Below, piece after piece: positions 7,898 to 16,500 of a DNA stretch of 32,000 nucleotides; positions within the stretch are counted from its first letter, which is position 1; each line of letters opens with the position of its first letter. The DNA is taken from the NCBI GenBank assembly GCA_000025185.1, contig CP001848.1, positions 2,940,001-2,972,000 on the forward strand. Reading direction: 5' to 3'. This DNA is from Pirellula staleyi DSM 6068. Lineage in GTDB: Bacteria; Planctomycetota; Planctomycetia; Pirellulales; Pirellulaceae. A program made the position numbers and the translations under genes. Under the pieces are notes generated by a model that saw nothing but the letters and a program-made list of their open reading frames with translations, ran no database searches and was not told where the DNA came from.

Positions 7898-9745
7898 ATG
7901 CAGCAGAGGATGGAGTTGATGAACCCTACGCTCCCCGAGACCTTCATTGCACGCAAACGGGCCGCCAGCCGCTTGCGACTTGCCGATGGAGTGCTGCTCG
8001 TCTTTGCTATCGCCACCCTATTGCTGGGGCATGGCGTCGAACGATTCGAATCCGCTGTCGGAACCGAAGTGCAAATCTTCGTTTCCGTTTCGATGGCGCT
8101 CCTCTTCATCGGACAAGCGTGGCGGCTCTACATCGAGTACGAAGCCGACGGCTTCTCCTGGAACTCGCTCACCTCCGAACGCAAGCTGGTGCTCGGGGTG
8201 CACGTTCTCTGGTTTGTCATGCTTCCGCTGGTCGCTTTGACACCGATCCGCCCGATTGTGACGCAGCCTTCGACCTTCGAGCGCTTGCTCTTTTGGTCGG
8301 AGTTCATGCTCACCGTGCGCCTGTTCGCCACTCTGTTTGCAATCATTCGGCTGGTGATTCAGGAACGTAGCAATCCGGCATTTGTGTTCGTCGTTTCGTT
8401 CTTTCTGCTGATTGCGACCGGCACGCTCCTCTTGATGCTTCCGGTCTGCTGGATTCAGAAAGAAGGGAACCTGACCGAAGAATCGGCCCCCGCTTTGGTC
8501 GCCCTTTTCACCGCCACAAGCGCCAGCTGCGTCACGGGGCTGGTGGTGGTGGATACCGGAACCTCGTGGACCCGCACAGGGCAGGGGGTGATCCTCGCGC
8601 TCATTCAAGCAGGTGGTCTTGGGGTGATGACGTTCGGTGGCTTTTTTGCGCTCGGTCAGCGGCGCAGCTTTTTGGTGCGCGAAAGTGTCTTTCTCGGGAA
8701 ACTGCTCGATGCCGATGATGCCACCGCTGTCCGTTCGCTGATTCGCTCGATCTTCGTGTTTACGTTCATCAGCGAAGCGCTGGGAGCAATTGCCCTTTAC
8801 ACCATGGCTCCCGCTGGGCCGACTGGCGACCGGGTTTGGTTTGGCGTGTTTCATTCGGTCAGTGCGTTTTGTAATGCCGGTTTTGGGCTCCTTCCGAAAA
8901 ACCTCGAAGGCTACGGTCACACTTGGCAAGTTTGGGGGGGCGTTGCCTCGCTGATCATCGTGGGTGGTCTCGGTTTCGATGTCCTCCGCAACACCACCAC
9001 CTACATCGCCTCGCAGCTCGGCACCAAGTTTGCGCCCGATCTCGCGCGGCGCTATATCCCGATGACCAGGCTCACCGCCACCTCGCGCCTTGTGCTTTGG
9101 ACGACCGGAATATTGCTCGCCGCTGGGACCATTTCGCTGCTCGTGCTCGAGCTCAATAACGACGTGAACAACGACAAACCGATCGGCGCACAAATCGCGG
9201 ATGCCTGGTTTCAGTCGGTCAGCTGTCGCACAGCCGGCTTCAACACGATCGACTTTGCGAAGATCACTCCCGGAAGCAAGTTGTTCTGCATCGGGCTGAT
9301 GTTTATTGGTGCTTCCCCCGGCTCGACCGGTGGTGGTATCAAAACGGTAGTCTTCGCGGTGACGGTGCTCGCGACAGCGACGGTGGTGACCAGCCGCGAA
9401 CGGCTCGAGGTTGGTGGACGAACGATTCCCGACATGACGATTAAGCGAGCGATTGCCATGCTCGGTTTGGCGATCAGCGTGGTGCTGATAGCGTCGCTAC
9501 TGATTGTGATTTTGGAAGACAAGCCCGAGCTGTTTCTCGATCACCTGTTTGAAGTGACGAGCGCGTTTGGCACCGTGGGTCTTTCGACCGGTGTCACAGC
9601 GGCGCTGAAACCGGCATCGCAATTGGTGCTGGTCCTCACGATGTTTCTCGGACGCGTGGGCCCCCTCACGATGCTGGTCGCTTTGGCGCGTCAACGCCCC
9701 GCCCCGAACTACGAATATCCTACGGAACGTGTCACACTCGGCTAG
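7898..9745 (+). CDS. trkH: TrkH/KtrB-family potassium uptake transporter, membrane subunit, with about 140-aa N-terminal extension
   Basis: 615-aa polytopic ORF with four pore-loop signatures: TATSASCVTGL, HSVSAFCNAGF, QSVSCRTAGFNT, EVTSAFGTVGLSTG. The SPGSTGGGIKT motif is also present. The first filter glycine is at about aa 213, versus about aa 70 in canonical KtrB. Confidence 0.9.
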   Translation: MQQRMELMNPTLPETFIARKRAASRLRLADGVLLVFAIATLLLGHGVERFESAVGTEVQIFVSVSMALLFIGQAWRLYIEYEADGFSWNSLTSERKLVLGVHVLWFVMLPLVALTPIRPIVTQPSTFERLLFWSEFMLTVRLFATLFAIIRLVIQERSNPAFVFVVSFFLLIATGTLLLMLPVCWIQKEGNLTEESAPALVALFTATSASCVTGLVVVDTGTSWTRTGQGVILALIQAGGLGVMTFGGFFALGQRRSFLVRESVFLGKLLDADDATAVRSLIRSIFVFTFISEALGAIALYTMAPAGPTGDRVWFGVFHSVSAFCNAGFGLLPKNLEGYGHTWQVWGGVASLIIVGGLGFDVLRNTTTYIASQLGTKFAPDLARRYIPMTRLTATSRLVLWTTGILLAAGTISLLVLELNNDVNNDKPIGAQIADAWFQSVSCRTAGFNTIDFAKITPGSKLFCIGLMFIGASPGSTGGGIKTVVFAVTVLATATVVTSRERLEVGGRTIPDMTIKRAIAMLGLAISVVLIASLLIVILEDKPELFLDHLFEVTSAFGTVGLSTGVTAALKPASQLVLVLTMFLGRVGPLTMLVALARQRPAPNYEYPTERVTLG

Positions 9746-9779
9746 TGCGACAAGCTCTTAAGCAAGATGAGGTTCTGCC

Positions 9780-10457
9780 GTGCAACGTGTTGCTGTAATT
9801 GGCTTGGGTCGGTTTGGCATGAACCTGGCCCAACAGCTGGGACAGAATCGCGTCGAGGTCATTGCCATCGATCGCAATCATCGCCTCGTCGATGATGTGA
9901 AAGAGGAGGTCACCTTAGCGGTGTGCCTCGATTCGACCGACGACGGCGCGCTGGTGAGTCACGAACTGCATCAGTGCGATGTGTGTGTTGTTGCGATTGG
10001 CGAAAACTTCGAAGCTTCGCTCCTGACCGCCACGGCGCTCAAGCGGCTCGGAGCGCCGTGCGTGATTGTCCGCGCTCAAACGGCCAGCCATGCCGAAATC
10101 TTCCGTCGACTCGGCGCCGATGAAGTGATTCAGCCCGAAACCGAGTCGGGACGTCAACTGGCGCGTCGCCTCGCCAATCCGCGACTCGAAGATATCATCG
10201 AGCTGTCGGATGGCTACAGCCTGATTGAAATCCGCGCTCCGCAGGCCTTTCACGGTAAGACGCTCGAGCAACTAGCGCTCCGGAGCAAGTACCGCGTGAA
10301 TCTGGTGGCCATCAAACGGGCTACCGACGAGAAGAACGAGGCGGGAGAACCGGTCCTCATCACCAACTACGTGCCGCAGGCCAGCGACATCGTCGAGGGG
10401 ACCGATCTGCTGATGCTCGTCGGCAGCGATGCCGCCATCGCCACGCTCCCCAAATAG
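9780..10457 (+). CDS. trkA: TrkA/KtrA-family RCK (NAD-binding) regulatory subunit of the K+ transporter
   Basis: 225-aa ORF with a GTG start and GAGG 6 nt upstream. Rossmann motif VAVIGLGRFGMNLAQQL at the N-terminus and a C-terminal TrkA_C-like half (SLIEIRAPQAFHGKTLEQLALRSKYRVNLVAIKR). It starts 34 nt after the trkH stop, so it is probably co-transcribed. Confidence 0.9.
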   Translation: MQRVAVIGLGRFGMNLAQQLGQNRVEVIAIDRNHRLVDDVKEEVTLAVCLDSTDDGALVSHELHQCDVCVVAIGENFEASLLTATALKRLGAPCVIVRAQTASHAEIFRRLGADEVIQPETESGRQLARRLANPRLEDIIELSDGYSLIEIRAPQAFHGKTLEQLALRSKYRVNLVAIKRATDEKNEAGEPVLITNYVPQASDIVEGTDLLMLVGSDAAIATLPK

Positions 10458-10820
10458 TCGAGCATCTCCGTAGCTCGCATCTGCTCGGACCCAACTTGGG
10501 CTGCGAAACCTGGCTGAAATCGTGGCTGATAGAGAACAGCAGCGCAGGGAAGGCAGCCCGGCAGAATCAGGAAGTGTCGCGAGACTAGCTCGACAGGCGA
10601 ACAAGATTCTTCTGGGGGCATTTTTTTCGGTCACCGCTGGAATATTGACCTCATTCCGGCGAAAACTGACTGCCGTGAGCAAAGTTTTGCTAAGTGCTGC
10701 TTCTTGGGTCTGTCAGCCCGCAGCGCAAAGCACGACAGTGAGACCAGCAGTATTCGCTGGAAGAGCTTCTGCTCACGCAGCCTGCTACCGGCCGCTGCTG
10801 TGCGGCCAGAGGAATGAGAG

Positions 10821-13331
10821 ATGCCACTGGATGCTGATTCGATTAAGTGTCTGGAGACGGTGAAGCGAGGAACCCCCGCACGCTTTGTAGCGGCGTCGAA
10901 GGGTGGAAAGATCGTTGGGTGTGTAGTCTATCGCAAAGGGGGCTACGACGGTCACGCCAAACGGGCCAAAGAATCGGGAGGCACGCTCTGCTTTGGTGTC
11001 GTCAACGGCACAGGGGCGGCGCTCGTGTTCAATCTAGCGCGGGCTGATAAGTTCGAAGCGGCACCCACCAAAGATCTCGCACTTCGGGAATACGTGAACG
11101 AAGGGAACGATCTCAAGCTGAAGCCTGTCTTCGCCATCATCAACACCTTGCCCGTGGTGGCCGACGATGACAACGACGCGGCGGGCTATCTCTCGCTCGA
11201 CGAGTGGCGCGAGCGGATCGAAGGGATTCGCCAAGCACAAGGCTTCGACGCAAAGAAAGAACTGCTCAAAGACGAAGCCACCGTGCTGAGCCAAGAGGCG
11301 AGTCTGGCGAAACTCGATCCGGCGCTGCAGGCCAATCCCGAGCGCGCGGCAGAAGTGGGAGCCGTGCATGCGAAGGTGAGGGAAGTGCTGCAAGGGCTGA
11401 GCGCTCAGCTCAAGCAGTGGGCAGAATCGTCGAGCGAAGAGAGCGAATCGGAGTCAGACGAGCTCGATACGCCACGGCAGATGCCTCCCGTTCCCGCAAC
11501 GCCGAATCGGCCTCGGGCCAACATGCGCGTCAATCCTGGTCCAACTGTCCAGCAACAGCCGGTGGCTCCGGTCCAGCAAGTTCCGGTACAGCCCGTGGCT
11601 CCAGTGCAACCTGTGCCTGTTCAGCCTGTCGCTCCCGTGCAGCAGGCTCCCGCGCAGCCTGCGATTCCTCCTCTGACACAAGCCGAACAGCAGGTGCGCA
11701 ATCTGCAAAATGCGATGAGCGCCGATGTGGCTCGTAAGGGAGCTGCCATCAATGGGGTGAAGCCTCCGTTCACGTCGAAGGAGGTGAAGGACATCATGAC
11801 GGAAGTGGAATCCGATGCCGCCAGCGATTTTGGCCAGATCTGCAATCGGATGGTCATCAACATCAATACGGGTCGAAATCCGGATAACTACGAGGGGATT
11901 CTCACACGCTGCACCGAGGGAATTGCGCTTGCGCAAAAATATCTGAAGGATCACAAAGACCCGACGATTGGCAAGCTCCCCGAGCGGGTGCTGAAGCGCA
12001 AGCAATACTGCGAGCTCTTCATCGTGAAGTTTCAGAAAACAATCGACGATACCAAGCTGGCCGAAGAAGCTGCATTGGCGCTCGTCAAAACCTATGGCGC
12101 AGTCGCTGCTAAAAATGCACCTCCCCCGCCGATGGAGGCCAAGGAGGAACTGGAAAAGCTGCTCGATTCGAGCTTGATTTCGAGCACCACCAAGCAGCGG
12201 ATTCAGCAGGTCGCTCAGCTGATTCAGCAGAACTGCGTCGCGGCCGGGAATCAAGCCTTGGCAGCGCTTCCAGCCGATGCGCCGCGCACACGTCGGGCCG
12301 ACATCATGCTCCGTCAAGGTTGCTACAAAAAGCCCGACAGCGGAACGAGCGACATTCGTTTGCTCAAGAATCCCGATGGTTCGATCGCCTATGCATTCAA
12401 GTCTGCCGTGGGAGAAGCTCCGCAAGCGCTCGATCTGCTGGGGCTCGATGATGGTGCGTGCGCGGTGCGCGAAGAACTTTGCTCGGCTGCGAACGACGAG
12501 TTTTTGCGACAAACGGGAATCGACCTCGGTTTTCCCAAAGTGGAAGTGACCACGATCGCCGGAAAGACTGGCGCGCTAATCGATGGGGTGCGGGGCAAGA
12601 TGGCCGATCCCGAAGAAGTGTCGCAGCTGTCGCGTCGCGATGGAGTGCCGCAAGCCGACATCGATGCAGCGATTCTAGCGGTGAAAACGCTCCCCGATCT
12701 GGTGACGCCGGAAAGCCTGCAGAAGGTGGTAGTCTCGGCTCTGCTGACCAATCAGTGGGATGCCAAGTGGGGGAACATGATCATCGAGAACAACAACGCT
12801 CGACCGATCGATGGTGGTGGCGCCTATCCGACCCAGAAGATGATCGACGAGTACAACGACGACATCAATCGACGTGGTTTGCAAATGGCGTTCAGCACGA
12901 TTGTGAGCTACCCGGCAGCGAACTACATGCCGCAGAGTGGTCAGCCTCTGCCAGCTGCGCAGCAGCCCATGGACGCCGCGCTCAAGACAGCCATTCAGCA
13001 ATTCGATCCCGATCAGTACGCCACCGCTCTGACGGCACGCAAGAATCAGGTGGTGGCCAACAATCCGAGTGTGGCTGGCCCCAACGGCCACGATCTGTTG
13101 CCCCCCGCTTCTCTGAAGTTGACCAAGGATAGTGCGCTGGCGATGAAGGCGATCCTGGCTGCCAAGCCGAACATCTCGCTCTACGATTTCGTGACCGACT
13201 ACGAAACGTGGCTCAAGACCTGGCTTGCGGCCAACGCCACACCACCTCCAGCGCCACCACGTCCGACGACACCTGCGCCGCAAGTGCCACCGGCGCGTCC
13301 AGCGGCACCACCACCTGGCACAGGGAACTAG
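10821..13331 (+). CDS. Hypothetical cytoplasmic protein with Pro/Val/Gln repeat linker and C-terminal protein-kinase-like (PI3/4-kinase-like) catalytic core
   Basis: 836-aa ORF with AGAGGAA upstream of the ATG and no signal peptide or TM segment. It has an acidic stretch (SSSEESESESDELD), an 11-aa x3 PVAPVQ repeat, a helical middle region, a kinase-like core (next feature) and a Pro-rich tail (PPPAPPRPTTPAPQVPPARPAAPPPG). Coding status is well supported by length and codon bias. The function is inferred. Confidence 0.8.
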   Translation: MPLDADSIKCLETVKRGTPARFVAASKGGKIVGCVVYRKGGYDGHAKRAKESGGTLCFGVVNGTGAALVFNLARADKFEAAPTKDLALREYVNEGNDLKLKPVFAIINTLPVVADDDNDAAGYLSLDEWRERIEGIRQAQGFDAKKELLKDEATVLSQEASLAKLDPALQANPERAAEVGAVHAKVREVLQGLSAQLKQWAESSSEESESESDELDTPRQMPPVPATPNRPRANMRVNPGPTVQQQPVAPVQQVPVQPVAPVQPVPVQPVAPVQQAPAQPAIPPLTQAEQQVRNLQNAMSADVARKGAAINGVKPPFTSKEVKDIMTEVESDAASDFGQICNRMVININTGRNPDNYEGILTRCTEGIALAQKYLKDHKDPTIGKLPERVLKRKQYCELFIVKFQKTIDDTKLAEEAALALVKTYGAVAAKNAPPPPMEAKEELEKLLDSSLISSTTKQRIQQVAQLIQQNCVAAGNQALAALPADAPRTRRADIMLRQGCYKKPDSGTSDIRLLKNPDGSIAYAFKSAVGEAPQALDLLGLDDGACAVREELCSAANDEFLRQTGIDLGFPKVEVTTIAGKTGALIDGVRGKMADPEEVSQLSRRDGVPQADIDAAILAVKTLPDLVTPESLQKVVVSALLTNQWDAKWGNMIIENNNARPIDGGGAYPTQKMIDEYNDDINRRGLQMAFSTIVSYPAANYMPQSGQPLPAAQQPMDAALKTAIQQFDPDQYATALTARKNQVVANNPSVAGPNGHDLLPPASLKLTKDSALAMKAILAAKPNISLYDFVTDYETWLKTWLAANATPPPAPPRPTTPAPQVPPARPAAPPPGTGN
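11559..11657 (+). repeat. Three tandem 33-nt (11-aa) repeats PVAPVQQVPVQ / PVAPVQPVPVQ / PVAPVQQAPAQ
   Basis: In-frame period-33 repeat: ccggtggctccggtccagcaagttccggtacag / cccgtggctccagtgcaacctgtgcctgttcag / cctgtcgctcccgtgcagcaggctcccgcgcag. The peptide is conserved while many third codon positions differ. Confidence 0.9.
12300..12830 (+). other. Protein-kinase-like superfamily catalytic core (putative)
   Basis: Ordered motifs: beta3-like Lys in IAYAFKSAVGE (K527, aag 12399-12401), a helix-C-like acidic segment AVREELCSAANDEFL, and a hinge-like FPKVEVTTIAGKTGALIDGV (compare GLIE in PI3/4K). The catalytic loop is LLTNQWDAKWGNMII (D647-x-K-x-x-N652, 12759-12776). A DFG-like PIDGGG (D664, 12810-12812) lies 17 aa after D647. 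Confidence 0.45.
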
Positions 13332-13379
13332 GAAGTGCCCCGCGTGCTCGATGAAAGAAGCACTGGAGATAAACCCCTG

Positions 13380-13418
13380 GGCTGCGGCGAAAAAAATACC
13401 AGCTGCAGCCAAGTTTTT
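13380..13418 (+). terminator. Rho-independent terminator 1 after the 836-aa gene
   Basis: 9-bp stem ggctgcggc (13380-13388) / gctgcagcc (13402-13410) with one G-U pair and a 13-nt A-rich loop, followed by aagTTTTTg. It lies about 50 nt after the stop at 13329-13331. Confidence 0.5.
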
Positions 13419-13440
13419 GTAGTTTGAAAAAACGAGAGCG

Positions 13441-13487
13441 ACGCCGTAGTCGTCTCCCTTAGCGGAGGACTACGGCGTTTTCGTTTG
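13441..13487 (+). terminator. Rho-independent terminator 2 after the 836-aa gene
   Basis: Perfect 11-bp stem acgccgtagtc (13441-13451) / gactacggcgt (13468-13478) with inner ctcc/ggag pairing, followed by TTTCGTTTG. An upstream run gaaaaaacga could extend the stem. Confidence 0.65.
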
Positions 13488-13580
13488 CGCACCCGACTAA
13501 GGCTCGCACCCGCGTACGACGTTGTGCCAAAACCGCGCCGGTTTGCTGTTGAAGCTGCTCCAGGCAAGTAGTACAACAGG

Positions 13581-16500
13581 GTGGTTATTTGTTCAGCGTG
13601 CTGGGAGTTTGTGGTGGCTACTAACTTCGACCCCTACTACCAGTGGCTCGGCATCGCTCCCGACGAGCAACCGGCGAACTACTATCGTTTGCTCGGCGTT
13701 CGTCTGTTCGAGTCGGAGCCTTCGGTGATTCAGAATGCGGCCGATTCCCGCATGATTCATCTCCGCACGTTTCAAAACGGCCCGCACTCGCGTCAGTCGC
13801 AGCAACTCCTCAGCGAGATTGCCATCGCATCGCAGTGTCTGCTGGTGCCAGCTCAAAAATTGGCCTACGACCAGCAGCTTCGTCTGCAACTAAATCCTCC
13901 GCAGATGCAGCCGCAGGTTCAGCAAGTCCTCCGTCCGATTCCTGTCCAGCTGCAACTGCCGCAGCAACTCCCGCCACCGATCCCGGTGCAACCAGCGGCG
14001 GCTGTGGCTACCAATTCAGAACCGCTCCCGAGCCTCGGCTTTTCGACGGCGCGATCGAGCCATCGCAGCGCCAAGAAGAACCCGGTGGTCGAGATTGTGA
14101 AAGTGGTGCTGGGTGGCGCGGCTGGTCTGGCCCTCGGGGGGATGATTTTGTGGTTCGGATTTGGGGCCGATCCGTCGGGGCTGTTTGCCAAACTAATGCC
14201 GCCGAAAAACGAGAGCCCTAACAGTAGCGCGAAATCCGTCGTTCCGGGGACAACCTCTGCAGGTGCATCGCTTCCCGGCGGTGCGAATCCTAGCGGCGTC
14301 AATGCAGGATCACCTCCCGTCGCGCAGCCGGTCGGCAATGGTGGAACTTCAGCGGGCAATTCCTCGCCCGGTCCCGCTGGATCAGCGCAGCCAGGGGCAA
14401 CTCAGTCGGCGTCAAATCAGCCTGGATCAACTCCGCCTGGCAATCCGCCACCAAGTTCCGCTGATCTAGGTGTCGATCTGGCGAACCTGACAGCGGCCGA
14501 AGTGAATTGTCGTGATGGAATTCCGGCGGTCATGGTGCTGGGTGGGCTCGGCACGAAGAATGCAATTTTCCACCATCCCCAAACCAACCTGCCGAGCTCG
14601 AAAACCTTTGATATCCAAGGGAAATACACGCGAGTGATCGGTGGAGCAGGGCTCAATTTAACAGCCGCCGGAAAATTCGACGGCGAGATCCGAATGAAGA
14701 TCTACGGCGACGATCGGATTCGCTGGATCTCGCAGCCGATCAAAAACATTCACGACTTTCAGAAGTTCGAGGTCGATATCACGAACGTGAAGTCGCTGCG
14801 ACTGGTGGTGGAAGCGACCAAGGATCTCGACGACGCGCATGCGCTGTGGTTTGTCCCCAAACTGTTTCAGGACCCTGCGGGGAGCAATCGCCAGTTGCCC
14901 CCCAGTTTCTTCAAGCCCGACTCTTCGCCGGGCATGGTGGCAGCGAACGTTCCTCCGCGTAACTTCGGCCTTGCCGCACCGAAGCAGGGAGTTCCCGTTT
15001 CCAAAATCGATCCCCTCCGCCCGGTCTATCTCTCGGAACTGCAGTACATCGATTTCGATGCCTACGAAATGCGTCCTTTGCGTGTTTCGATTCGTGGCAA
15101 GCGGTCGCCGCACGGCATTTTCCTCCACCCCAATACCGACCTAGGTTCCCGAATCGTGTATCAGCTCGAGCGTAAGTTTCGCATGCTTACGGGAGCAGTT
15201 TCGCAAAACGATTCGGCGACCGACCTTGCCTTCACACCGCTCACGATGCGTGTGGTGGGAGATGGCCAAGTGCTTTGGGCATCCCGGCCGATTCGTAGTG
15301 TCTCCGATGTGCAAGCGTTTCAAGTCGATATCACTGGCGTGAACCAGTTGCAACTCGAGGTGGTCTGCCCAGGAAATAACGGAAAATCGCATGCCGTTTG
15401 GTTCGGGGTGCTCGCCAATCCCGAATTACGAATCGATAACCCGGAACTCGCCACGCTGTTTCCCGAGTTTGCACCAACCTCGTCATCAACTCCATTGCTG
15501 GCCGATCTTTTGCAAGGGGGACCCGTGCAGAAAATCGCGCGTCCCGATGATGCTGCGATTACTGCCGCGCAAAAGACGATGGAAGAAGTGCTCGGCGATC
15601 TGCTGACGCAAGCGACAACTCCCGAACTCAAGACGCAACTGGCCGACAAACTGTTTGAACTCGGCTCCGAGCCTGGTCAGGCACCCGCCGATCAGTTTGT
15701 TGTGCTGCGAGCAGCGGTGACGAGCAGCTTTACGGTCGATCAGTTTTTGCGTGCGATAGTGCGGCTCGAGTCGACATTCGAAGGTTCGTTCTTAGCAGAG
15801 AAGATCGCGGGACTGCACGCCTGTAAAACGCAGGCTGTCCCCCAGACAATCACGTCGCTCGCCGAGTACGTGATGAAGTCGGTCGCGGAAGCAGAGCAGA
15901 GCGATCAGTTTGATCGGGCTTTCGAACTGGGGGAGATTGGTCAAGCGATTGGCAAAAAGCTGGGTGATCGCCGCCTCAGCGAGGCATTTGCTAATCGGGC
16001 CAAGCATACGGAAGTGTTGCAAGCGGCTTACAAGGTTTGTCAGCCTCTTTTTGAAACTCTGAAGACCGACCCGACAAATGCTGAAGCGGCGATGAAATGT
16101 GGTCAGTACCTCGCCCTGGTCCGGGAAGATTGGCAGACCGCATTGCCGCTGCTGGCCCAAGGGACCGAGAACCCCGCGCTCGCCGCAGTGGCAATTCAGG
16201 AGCTTGAGTTTCAAGCGAGTGAGAATTCAAGCGAGGTGGTGACGCTCGTGAAACTCGGCGATGGCTGGTGGAATTTGTCGGAGACTAGCCCGCCGCTGTC
16301 GAAGGATGGTTATCGAAAACGCTCGGCCTACTGGTATGCAAAAGCCAAAGAGAGCGGACTGCGGGGGCTCGATCTCGAAAAGGTAAACAAGCGGCTCTCC
16401 GAGAAGCCTTCCGATTGGCTGGCGAGTTGGCGTCCCTTCTCGCCCGAGGCTCTCGTCATCAAGCAGGTCGCGGCGAAGTACCATCTGTTCGTGACCAACT

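Noticed and set aside
8018-9193. 391-aa minus-strand ORF inside trkH
   Set aside because: It is antisense to a clear polytopic TrkH/KtrB protein. Its translation is highly charged and low-complexity.
10458-10820. 363-nt intergenic region after trkA, examined for small genes, sRNA or a promoter
   Set aside because: It contains only overlapping junk ORFs (10522-10863 plus strand, 10272-10682 minus strand). A TTGACC at 10646 has no matching -10 box, and a T7 run at about 10621 has no preceding stable hairpin. Nothing is supportable.
11454-12512. 352-aa minus-strand ORF inside the 836-aa gene
   Set aside because: It has no motifs, and the plus-strand frame carries the in-frame periodic repeat and the kinase-like motifs. 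The third-position GC bias also favours the plus frame (75% in my sample at 12000).
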